Virus genome (UHGV): UHGV-0206991
Source of the DNA: a virus
DNA: 41,125 nucleotides
Reading direction: 5' to 3' (one strand)
In this document: positions 10,184 through 16,990 of the stretch, piece by piece
How positions within the stretch are numbered: position 1 is the stretch's first letter
Layout: every line of letters starts with the position of its first letter
Made by a program: the position numbers and the translations under genes
Notes under the pieces: generated by a model
Told to the model about the DNA's origin: nothing
Database searches by the model: none
The model's input: the letters and a program-made list of their open reading frames with translations, nothing else

Positions 10184-10245
10184 GCCGTCAATGAAAAATT
10201 TACGCCCGAAACACAGCTGCGTTACGGGTGAACGGAGGATTTTTT

Positions 10246-10551
10246 ATGGAGACCTTAACTCTTATAACGCAGATAGCTGCGGCCGTAACGGCCATATCGT
10301 CGGCGGCATTGGTGCTGATAAAGCCCATACGGAACAAGGCTTTCGGTATGCGGGACATTTACAGCGGGCAAAAATGCCTGCTGCGCGCGGAAATGCTCAA
10401 GCTGTACTACAAGCATTGCGACACGCAGACGATACGGCAGTATGAATCGGAGAATTTCACCTACATGTACGAAGCGTACAAGGCTATGGGCGGGAACTCT
10501 TTCATTGACACAATTTACAACGAGGTGCGCACATGGCGCATCGTAAGCTAA
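10246..10551 (+). CDS. Holin-associated small membrane protein
   Basis: RBS GGAGG before ATG 10246. N-terminal hydrophobic helix and YEAYKAMGGN motif typical of Firmicutes phage lysis-module proteins. Confidence 0.6.
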   Translation: METLTLITQIAAAVTAISSAALVLIKPIRNKAFGMRDIYSGQKCLLRAEMLKLYYKHCDTQTIRQYESENFTYMYEAYKAMGGNSFIDTIYNEVRTWRIVS

Positions 10552-10569
10552 AAAAGGAGAGAGAACAAT

Positions 10570-10890
10570 ATGAGTGAATTTGTATCTGTGCCGGCAATAG
10601 TGGTGCTGGTGTATCTTGCGGCCTATTTCATAAAGCTTATTCCGGGCGAGACCGTCAATCGGATGCTGCCCGCGCTGTGCGGGGTTTTGGGGCTTATACT
10701 GGGCATTGTGTGCTATTTCACGCTGCCCGGCTTTATCCCTGCCGAAAACTGGCTGACGGCTGCTGCGGTGGGCATTGTATCCGGCTTTGCGGCAACCGGC
10801 GTGAACCAGATATACAAGCAGGCAAGCAAAGGCAAGGCGGCGGAAATAAAAGAAGATGACGAGCCGCAGGACGGTGAAGGCAATGCTTGA
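10570..10890 (+). CDS. Holin
   Basis: Three hydrophobic segments, GIVSGFAATGVNQIYKQ motif, charged C-terminus, immediately before the endolysin. Confidence 0.8.
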   Translation: MSEFVSVPAIVVLVYLAAYFIKLIPGETVNRMLPALCGVLGLILGIVCYFTLPGFIPAENWLTAAAVGIVSGFAATGVNQIYKQASKGKAAEIKEDDEPQDGEGNA

Positions 10891-11770
10891 GGAATTTATA
10901 GCCTATCTTGAGGACGAGATAGCACGCGGCAGCATTTATGTTTTGGGGGCGCAGGGACAGCGTGCGCCCTTTTCCGAGGCGTGGCTCAGGGAGCGCGAGC
11001 ACGGAGACGAAACCAACATAAACAGGGACAAGGCGCTGCTGGAAAAGCGGGTAAAGGATGGATACAAGCTTACCGACATAGGCGCGTTTGACTGCTCCGG
11101 GCTGGGTATGTACTGGCTGCAAAATGTGAAAAAGCTGTACCCCGGCGATCTGAACGCCAACGGCATGAAGGGCAAGTGCGCAAAAATAGCGCGGGACAAG
11201 GTGCGCCGCGGGGACTGGGTATTCGTGGTGAACGGCGGCGGGCGGGCAACGCATATAGGCTTTGCGCTGGATCCCGACACGGCAATAGAATGCCGGGGGC
11301 GGGATTACGGCGTAGTGAAAACCAGCGTTTCCCTGCGCCCGTGGAACTGGTTCGGGCGGCCTGAGCTGTTCCGCTACGAAATAGAGGGCTATACCGTCAC
11401 CCGCGAGCTCAAAAAGGGCGATAAGGGCGAGGATGTGAAGGCGCTTCAGCACCAGCTTATCCTGCACGGCTTTGCCATGCCGAAATACGGCGCGGACGGC
11501 TCTTTCGGGAGCGAGACGCACAAGAGCGTATGTGCGCTGCAAAAGAGCCTTAAACGCCCCGAAACGGGCATTGCGGGCAAGGCGGAGATTGAGGCGCTGC
11601 ACCTTGTGTGGAAGCAGGAGGAGCAGCCCGACACCGATTATGAGGCTCTGTACACGCAGACCAAGCGCGAGCTTGAGCGCACCGAAGCCGAGCTTGTGAA
11701 GCTGCAAGTCGCGTATGATGAGCTGATGGATGTAGTGGAGCGGGCGAGAAAAATTCTTAATTCCGTCTGA
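10883..11770 (+). CDS. Endolysin: NlpC/P60-like peptidase plus peptidoglycan-binding domain
   Basis: FDCSGL...THIG...IECRG catalytic pattern, then LKKGDKGEDVKALQ...ADGSFGSET PG-binding motif and a C-terminal coiled coil. Start probably ATG 10883. Confidence 0.8.
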   Translation: MLEEFIAYLEDEIARGSIYVLGAQGQRAPFSEAWLREREHGDETNINRDKALLEKRVKDGYKLTDIGAFDCSGLGMYWLQNVKKLYPGDLNANGMKGKCAKIARDKVRRGDWVFVVNGGGRATHIGFALDPDTAIECRGRDYGVVKTSVSLRPWNWFGRPELFRYEIEGYTVTRELKKGDKGEDVKALQHQLILHGFAMPKYGADGSFGSETHKSVCALQKSLKRPETGIAGKAEIEALHLVWKQEEQPDTDYEALYTQTKRELERTEAELVKLQVAYDELMDVVERARKILNSV

Positions 11771-11774
11771 TATA

Positions 11775-11806
11775 GGGGAGATTTATATCGCATCCTGCGG
11801 TATAAT
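11775..11806 (+). promoter_or_regulatory. Phage late promoter motif
   Basis: GGGGAGA (11775-11781), 19 bp, TATAAT (11801-11806). Confidence 0.75.
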
Positions 11807-11836
11807 GACGGCAGCAAGAGCAAAGGAGAGAACCGC

Positions 11837-11971
11837 ATGACGCACGAAATGTTCCGCGATACCGTCAAAGCGTTCAGGCGCTCCCTCCGCCGCTGCCGTA
11901 TAGCCATAACGGCATTGCTTTTGCTGATTGCGGGGCTGTGTCTGTATATCTTCCTCAAACTTACAGGATAA
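11837..11971 (+). CDS. 44-aa single-pass membrane peptide (not in ORF track)
   Basis: RBS AAAGGAG; MTHEMFRDTVKAFRRSLRRCRIAITALLLLIAGLCLYIFLKLTG. Confidence 0.6.
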   Translation: MTHEMFRDTVKAFRRSLRRCRIAITALLLLIAGLCLYIFLKLTG

Positions 11972-11983
11972 CAGGAGGCAGAA

Positions 11984-12211
11984 ATGCTCCGCATAAACGA
12001 AACAAACCGCCTTACGCGGCAGGAGCTTGAGGATTACCGCGTAAACAGCGGCATTACCGAGCTGCAATACGCTATTATAAAGCGCAAATACTATGATCCG
12101 GGCGAGCACACCGTAGTAAGCATATGCCTTGAGCTGGGCATATCCGCCTGCAAGTACAACCGCGAGCTTAACCGTGCGCTTTTGCAGATCGCCCGTTATA
12201 TTGCTTCGTAG
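11984..12211 (+). CDS. Small sigma-region-4/LuxR-like HTH regulator
   Basis: RBS AGGAGG; ITELQYAIIKRKYY...TVVSICLELGIS...YNRELNRALLQI pattern. Confidence 0.6.
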   Translation: MLRINETNRLTRQELEDYRVNSGITELQYAIIKRKYYDPGEHTVVSICLELGISACKYNRELNRALLQIARYIAS

Positions 12212-12267
12212 CGCCCTCCCCCTTTCGGGCGCTGACTAATAGCCATATTCCTCATTCTAATTTAGGG

Positions 12268-12305
12268 GAAAAGAGACTGGCGCAACAGTCTCTTTTCTCT
12301 TTTTT
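12268..12305 (+). terminator. Rho-independent terminator
   Basis: GAAAAGAGACTG-GCGCAA-CAGTCTCTTTTC followed by a T-rich run. Confidence 0.8.
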
Positions 12306-12316
12306 GAAAAAAAGTA

Positions 12317-12346
12317 TTGCATTTCCCCTTTTCGCTGTGCTATAAT
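12317..12346 (+). promoter_or_regulatory. Sigma-A promoter for the mini-array RNA
   Basis: TTGCAT, 18 bp, TATAAT with extended -10 TG and an A/T-rich upstream element. No ORF before the next terminator. Confidence 0.75.
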
Positions 12347-12365
12347 ACCATTGCAGTCGGAGCCT

Positions 12366-12497
12366 GTCCCCTCGCAAGAGGGTGTTGGATTAAAATAAAA
12401 CAATCATTGTTTCCACCGTAGTATGGGATGTCGCATCTGTTGAGATGTGCTGGATTGAAAAGAAAAGAATCTGCGCAGTGTTCACTCGTTACAATTT
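12366..12497 (+). CRISPR. Cas-less mini-array with two divergent type I-C-like repeats
   Basis: R1 GTCCCCTCGCAAGAGGGTGTTGGATTAAAAT (12366-12396), 33-nt spacer, R2 GTCGCATCTGTTGAGATGTGCTGGATTGAAAA (12430-12461), then a ~36-nt second spacer and a hairpin. GTC start, hairpin and TGGATT(G/A)AAA 3' handle match type I-C repeat architecture. Confidence 0.75.
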
Positions 12498-12556
12498 TGT
12501 GGTGTGAGTTATGGGGACTATAACTTTTACACTTCGCACCGCTCCGGCTGCACCAT

Positions 12557-12588
12557 ATACCCGCCTTTGTGCGGGTATTTTTTTATTT
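12557..12588 (+). terminator. Rho-independent terminator closing the mini-array transcript
   Basis: ATACCCGC-CTTTGT-GCGGGTAT followed by a T tract. Confidence 0.85.
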
Positions 12589-12613
12589 CCGAAATATTTT
12601 TTGAAAAAAGGGC

Positions 12614-12659
12614 TTGACTTTATGCGTGACAAAAAGTATAATAAGCGTGTGACAAAAAG
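12614..12659 (+). promoter_or_regulatory. Sigma-A promoter with direct-repeat operator
   Basis: TTGACT, 17 bp, TATAAT (12614-12642). GTGACAAAAAG occurs at 12626-12636 and 12649-12659, flanking the -10. Confidence 0.8.
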
Positions 12660-12670
12660 GAGGTGAGAAT

Positions 12671-12844
12671 ATGAGCCCGAAAACAGGGCGGCCAAAAGTG
12701 GCAAACCCGAAAGAGGTTAGATTCAGCGTGCGGCTGGATGTGGAAACCGAAGCAAAACTTCAAAAATATTGCGAAGAGCATGGAATTACGCGCGCTGAAG
12801 CTATCAGAACCGGGATTCACTTGCTTTTGGCGAAGAAAAAGTGA
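12671..12844 (+). CDS. Ribbon-helix-helix (Arc/CopG-like) regulator, 57 aa (not in ORF track)
   Basis: RBS AAGGAGGTG; MSPKTGRPKVANPKEVRFSVRLDVETEAKLQKYCEEHGITRAEAIRTGIHLLLAKKK shows an alternating beta-strand followed by two helices. Confidence 0.8.
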   Translation: MSPKTGRPKVANPKEVRFSVRLDVETEAKLQKYCEEHGITRAEAIRTGIHLLLAKKK

Positions 12845-12947
12845 ATAGCCGTCCCACTCTCACAAAGTAAACGGCCATTCACCCCGAAGCCCGGAGAGCT
12901 TTACTCTCGGACAAATCTATTATATCCGAAAATAAAGCCTCCGGCAA
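12836..12947 (-). ncRNA. Antisense promoter plus predicted ~75-nt sRNA between the RHH gene and the antirepressor
   Basis: Minus strand TTGCCG (12947-12942), 17 bp, TATAAT (12924-12919). Hairpins at 12891-12910 and 12841-12882 (G-U only on minus), then a U tract. Confidence 0.6.
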
Positions 12948-12976
12948 ATACTTTTTAATTTTTGGAGGTTTTTATT

Positions 12977-13837
12977 ATGGACGCTATGGAAGTTACAGGC
13001 AAACTGTACAGCATGCTTAACGGCAAGAATCGCGTAAGAGTGGTGAAAGAGGTATACACTCTGCTGGAAGAACAGCAACGGCAGAACATCAAGTCCTTCG
13101 ACTACAACGGGCAGGAAGTCCGCACGGTGGAAATGAACGGGCAACCGTGGTTCGTGGCCGTTGATGTGTGCAATGTGCTTGAAATCGGAAATTCGCGCAT
13201 GGCGGTTGATCGTTTGGACGAGGACGAAAAGAATACCGTCAGTTTAACTGACGGAAATAAGCGCGGCAATCCAAACATGACCATCGTCTCCGAATCCGGC
13301 CTTTACTCCCTTATCCTCGGCAGCCGGAAGCCCGAAGCGAAACAGTTTAAGCGCTGGATAACACATGAAGTTATTCCCTCTATCCGCAAAACAGGCGGGT
13401 ACATCGCCGGACAGGAAACTCTTTCGCCGGAGGAGCTTATGGCAAAGGCGCTGCTGGTGGCAAAACAGACCCTTGCGGAGCGCGATGCCCGCATAAATGA
13501 ATTAAGCTGCGCCAATTCGGAGCTGACGGTGCAGAATCAGATACTTCTCCCCCGTGCGCAGTACTTTGACGAGCTTGTAGACCGTAACCTTTTAACCAAC
13601 TTCCGCGAAACGGCAAAGGAGCTGGGCATAGCCCCGAAACGGTTTGTAAACTGGCTCATTGAGCAGAAATACATCTACCGCGACAAAAAGGGCAAGCTGC
13701 TGCCCTATGAGGGCAAGAACACGGGACTGTTCGAGCTGAAAGAACAGTTTAACCCCAAAACCGAGTGGAGCGGCGTTCAAACCCTCGTGACCCCGAAAGG
13801 CCGGGAAACCTTCCGGCTGCTGTGCACCGCCCTGTGA
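12977..13837 (+). CDS. Phage antirepressor, Bro-N plus KilA-C domains
   Basis: F.YNGQEVRTV...PWFVAVDVC...VSESGLYSLILGSRKPEAKQFKRWITHEVIPSIRKTGGY, and C-terminal PRAQYFD...QTLVTPKGR. RBS GGAGG. Confidence 0.92.
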   Translation: MDAMEVTGKLYSMLNGKNRVRVVKEVYTLLEEQQRQNIKSFDYNGQEVRTVEMNGQPWFVAVDVCNVLEIGNSRMAVDRLDEDEKNTVSLTDGNKRGNPNMTIVSESGLYSLILGSRKPEAKQFKRWITHEVIPSIRKTGGYIAGQETLSPEELMAKALLVAKQTLAERDARINELSCANSELTVQNQILLPRAQYFDELVDRNLLTNFRETAKELGIAPKRFVNWLIEQKYIYRDKKGKLLPYEGKNTGLFELKEQFNPKTEWSGVQTLVTPKGRETFRLLCTAL

Positions 13838-13922
13838 CACTTTTCGGATACTTATGTGATACTTTTTAGACACTTAAGCGCAACATAAGCGACACTTTTG
13901 AAGCCTTCGTTTCTGATATCAT
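13836..13922 (+). repeat. Six 11-bp-phased GA(C/T)ACTT repeats upstream of an extended -10
   Basis: GACACTTTTCG, GATACTTATGT, GATACTTTTTA, GACACTTAAGC, GCAACATAAGC (degenerate), GACACTTTTGA at 13836-13901; TGaTATCAT at 13914-13922. Confidence 0.75.
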
Positions 13923-13954
13923 CATTGCAGATGATAAGAAACGGAGGCTTTTTT

Positions 13955-14335
13955 ATGTTCTACAACAACTATCTGACCGGGCAGGGCAATTATTACGGCG
14001 TGCCGCAAACGCCCGTACAGCCCGCTGTGGGCGTTTTTAACCAGCAGCCCGCACAATCTCCCGTGAGAACCAATAAAATCTTCGTGACAAGCCTTGAGGA
14101 CGCCCTGAACCGCAACGCAGAGCCCAACAGCGAGGTAATTTATCTGCATCAGGATCAGAACCTGCTCTTCGAGGTGAAAACGGACGCGCAGGGGCGCAAG
14201 GTGTATCAGACTTATCAGTTTGCACCTTTCAAGGCGGAGAGTGCCGCTCCGGCGACTGCGGCTTATGTAACAAAGGAAGAATTTGACGCGCTGGCAAAGA
14301 AGGTTGACGAAATGTCAGCCAAACCGGCGGAGTAA
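13955..14335 (+). CDS. Conserved hypothetical phage protein (Q/P/Y-rich N-terminus)
   Basis: RBS GGAGG; ends in YVTKEEFDAL coiled-coil motif; first gene of the six-gene cluster. Confidence 0.7.
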   Translation: MFYNNYLTGQGNYYGVPQTPVQPAVGVFNQQPAQSPVRTNKIFVTSLEDALNRNAEPNSEVIYLHQDQNLLFEVKTDAQGRKVYQTYQFAPFKAESAAPATAAYVTKEEFDALAKKVDEMSAKPAE

Positions 14336-14347
14336 GGGGGCGGTGGT

Positions 14348-14581
14348 ATGAACTCAATGTTTACGCCTACCCCGCAGAACGGGCTTATAGGCAACATAAT
14401 GCAGCTCATGAAGGGAAACGGCAATCCGCAGGCGCTTGCGCAGACTCTGCTCAGTCAGAATCCGCAGATAGCAAGTCAGATCGGCGGGGATCCGCGTGCC
14501 TTTGCAATGAATCTCATGCGTCAGAAGGGGATAGATCCGGCGCAGGTGCAATCGCTCATGGCGAGCTTGGGGAAGAAATAA
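14348..14581 (+). CDS. Small Q/M/N-rich helical protein
   Basis: RBS AAGGGGG; NPQ repeats; operon context. Confidence 0.7.
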   Translation: MNSMFTPTPQNGLIGNIMQLMKGNGNPQALAQTLLSQNPQIASQIGGDPRAFAMNLMRQKGIDPAQVQSLMASLGKK

Positions 14582-14637
14582 AGCCGCCGCAGCGCGCACG
14601 GCAGCTTTATAAATAAAAAGTTAAAGGAGTATCATTT

Positions 14638-15321
14638 ATGGATAACGGATTTGCAGAAGGCTACGCCGTCGGCCAGGGAAACATGAACGGCAACGCCAAC
14701 GGAATGTGGGGCGAAAGCTGGCTTTGGATCATAGTGATCTTTGCCTTGCTGGGCTTCGGCAACGGCTTTGGCGGCTACGGCAACCGCGGCAACGGCATAG
14801 GCGAAAACTATGTGCTGGCCACCGACTTTGCCAACATCGAGCGCAAGATCGACGGAGTAAACAATGGTATCTGTGACGGCTTTTACGCCATGAATACCGG
14901 CATGCTCAACGGTTTTGCGGGTGTGCAGAACGCAGTGATGTCCAGCGGGTATGAAACTCGCTCGGCGATAGCCGACCTCGGCTACAACATGCAGAACTGC
15001 TGCTGCCAGACTCAGCGGGCAATTGATCAGGTGAACTACAATATGGCGCAGGGCAATTGTGCCATACAGAACACCATCAATTCCACCGCACGGGACATTA
15101 TCGATTCTCAGCGCGAGGGCACCAATGCGATACTTGGCTTCCTGACCAACGAGAAGATAAGCTCCCTGCAGGCGCAGAACGCGCAGCTCAATGCGCAGCT
15201 GTCTCAGGCGGCGCAGACGCAGACGCTCATAAACACCCTGCGGCCTACGGCAGTGCCGGCATACATCACCTGTTCGCCCTATCAGAGCGTATACGGGTGC
15301 GGTAACGGCTGCGGCTGCTGA
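14638..15321 (+). CDS. Membrane-anchored G/N-rich coiled-coil protein with CCC motif and Cys-rich tail
   Basis: RBS AAGGAG; WLWIIVIFALLGFG hydrophobic segment; QNCCCQTQR; C-terminal GCGNGCGC. Confidence 0.75.
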   Translation: MDNGFAEGYAVGQGNMNGNANGMWGESWLWIIVIFALLGFGNGFGGYGNRGNGIGENYVLATDFANIERKIDGVNNGICDGFYAMNTGMLNGFAGVQNAVMSSGYETRSAIADLGYNMQNCCCQTQRAIDQVNYNMAQGNCAIQNTINSTARDIIDSQREGTNAILGFLTNEKISSLQAQNAQLNAQLSQAAQTQTLINTLRPTAVPAYITCSPYQSVYGCGNGCGC

Positions 15322-15408
15322 CCGACAGGCAATTCCCGTGAGCTTCTCACGGTGAGACATTTCGGGGGGATGGCTCACCATCCCTCCTGATTTTTAGGAG
15401 GAAAACAC

Positions 15409-15798
15409 ATGTGCAATGGAAATTGTAAACTTTGTGATCGCATCGCTATCTCTGACAGCGTCAGCGTGGTTACTGTGTCGGGAACTGATACGCTCGTGAT
15501 CGATATCCCGGCCAACAGCTACCGCAACAACGAGCGCCTGTGCCTGGTCATTGCGCAAAGCATACCGGCAGCGGCGACAATCAATATGCCCGTTGCGCTG
15601 TCCATCGGCGGCGTAACAACCACGGTTTACCCGCTGGTGCGGTGCAACTGCTCAGCCGTAACGGCAAGCGCCGTAAGAACGCGCACACGGTACAGACTGG
15701 TGGTATCCACAACTGCCACAGGCGCCGTATTTAAGGCGCTGAGCGGGCTGCAGTGCGCGCCCGACAACAATCTGGCGGCCATACCGGCTGCGACTTAA
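15409..15798 (+). CDS. Cys-rich, predicted beta-rich hypothetical protein
   Basis: RBS AGGAGG; N-terminal CNGNCKLC; V/T/I-rich. Confidence 0.7.
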   Translation: MCNGNCKLCDRIAISDSVSVVTVSGTDTLVIDIPANSYRNNERLCLVIAQSIPAAATINMPVALSIGGVTTTVYPLVRCNCSAVTASAVRTRTRYRLVVSTTATGAVFKALSGLQCAPDNNLAAIPAAT

Positions 15799-15810
15799 GG
15801 AGGCAACAAA

Positions 15811-16419
15811 ATGAATGATTTTGCAAGGCGAATGGTAGCGGATCGCCGCTACACAAAATCGGCGAACCCTCCGGGGTACGACCGGCGCTACAATCACGAT
15901 ATGCGCAGGCCGGAGCATATGAGCCGTTACGAGGACGACGGCAGGCGCGGCGTTAAGTACACCGGGCGTTACGGCATCGGCGGCTCCATGTATCACGGCG
16001 ACCGTTACCGCGAATATCCGGACTACGGCGAGGATTACGGCGAGTACGACGGCTATGACGACGGCGGCGCAAGCGAGGAAGTATCTCTTACGCAGCGCGA
16101 GCTCAAACGCTGGGCGGACAAACTGCGCAATGCCGACGGCACGGACGGTGCGCATTTTACCAAAGACGAGGTGCGCAAGACGGCTGAGCGCGTAGGCGCA
16201 CGCTACGACCGCTATTCCGAGGACGATCTGTGGATGGCAGCGAACATGATGTACTCGGATTACAGCGAGGTACTGCGCCCTATCTTGCCGTCAGACAACG
16301 AGGCTATGACCTATGTCAAGCTCGGCAAGGCGTTTTTGGAGGACAAGGACGCGCCCCACGGCTCCGAAAAGCTGGCAATGTACTATTTCTGCATCGTGGA
16401 CGACGAAAATGCACGATAA
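15811..16419 (+). CDS. Conserved hypothetical protein with D/Y/R/G low-complexity N-terminus and helical C-terminal domain
   Basis: RBS AAGGAGG; MNM/MYSDY-type motif (ANMMYSDY) and AFLEDKDA...KLAMYY. Confidence 0.7.
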   Translation: MNDFARRMVADRRYTKSANPPGYDRRYNHDMRRPEHMSRYEDDGRRGVKYTGRYGIGGSMYHGDRYREYPDYGEDYGEYDGYDDGGASEEVSLTQRELKRWADKLRNADGTDGAHFTKDEVRKTAERVGARYDRYSEDDLWMAANMMYSDYSEVLRPILPSDNEAMTYVKLGKAFLEDKDAPHGSEKLAMYYFCIVDDENAR

Positions 16420-16783
16420 TTACAGATTCTACAATCGCCGCCCGGACGGAAAAATTGAGGAGGACTGCGTATGCCGTGCAATAAGCACGGCAACGCGGCT
16501 CCGCTACAGTGCCGTACAAAAGCTGCTGCGGATCTCCGCCGGAATAAACAAGTGCGACAAGCTGTGTGTATGCTGCTACAAATATCTGCTTGAGGACATC
16601 CTCGGCTATGAACCGCGCTATTGCCGCTCAGAGGCGACGGTGGCCGACATAGCGGCTGCATACCCGGAGCGCATAGTGCTGATACGGATAGACGGACATC
16701 TCACCTGTTCGGCAATGGGTGTAATCCTTGACATCTGGGACTGCACAGAAGAACCGGCGGACCGGTACTGGATTATTACATGA
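16409..16783 (+). CDS. Small papain-like (C39-type) cysteine peptidase candidate
   Basis: DCVCRAIS...GHLTC...ILDIWD gives Cys-His-Asp order; start overlaps the upstream stop. Confidence 0.55.
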   Translation: MHDNYRFYNRRPDGKIEEDCVCRAISTATRLRYSAVQKLLRISAGINKCDKLCVCCYKYLLEDILGYEPRYCRSEATVADIAAAYPERIVLIRIDGHLTCSAMGVILDIWDCTEEPADRYWIIT

Positions 16784-16810
16784 GGAACGGAAAACACCGT
16801 TCCTCTTTTC

Positions 16811-16834
16811 GTGTTGCATTTCGTGTTGCATTTC
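16811..16834 (+). repeat. Integrase arm-type sites (left)
   Basis: GTGTTGCATTTC twice in tandem. Confidence 0.8.
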
Positions 16835-16922
16835 GGAAAAAACAGATGTATTTTATGTAAATATTCTTTGCGTTACGAAAAGAAACGAAATTCCGAAAAC
16901 CGCGATATACAGGGGAAATAAG

Positions 16923-16949
16923 CAAAAACGCCGCATTTGCGGCGTTTTG
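16923..16949. terminator. Bidirectional terminator downstream of the tRNA 3' fragment
   Basis: AAAACGCCGC-ATTT-GCGGCGTTTT. Confidence 0.85.
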
Positions 16950-16953
16950 TGTT

Positions 16954-16990
16954 TGGTGTGCCTGAAGGGATTCGAACCCCCGACCTACTG
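16954..16990 (-). other. attP core = 3' half of a tRNA (probably tRNA-Arg)
   Basis: Minus strand CAGTAGGTCGGGGGTTCGAATCCCTTCAGGCACACCA: T-arm, acceptor strand and CCA, with no 5' half. Abuts the integrase. The isotype is inferred because no anticodon is present. Confidence 0.88.

Noticed and set aside
12311..12346. Resemblance of TTTCGCTGTGCTATAAT to the 3' end of type II-C CRISPR repeats
   Set aside because: Single copy, and type II-C repeats themselves embed an extended -10, so the similarity is explained by promoter function. Worth a BLAST but unsupported here.
12513..12524. GGGGACTATAAC resembling the 3' end of some Cas13a repeats
   Set aside because: The matching upstream CCCC stem arm is absent and the match is only ~12 nt, recalled from memory.
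13836..13901. 11-bp repeats as Spo0A boxes or as a CRISPR array
   Set aside because: They do not match TGNCGAA, and they are tandem with no spacers.
16954..16990. Functional tRNA gene
   Set aside because: Only the T-arm and acceptor 3' strand are present; the D-arm and anticodon are replaced by integrase coding sequence.
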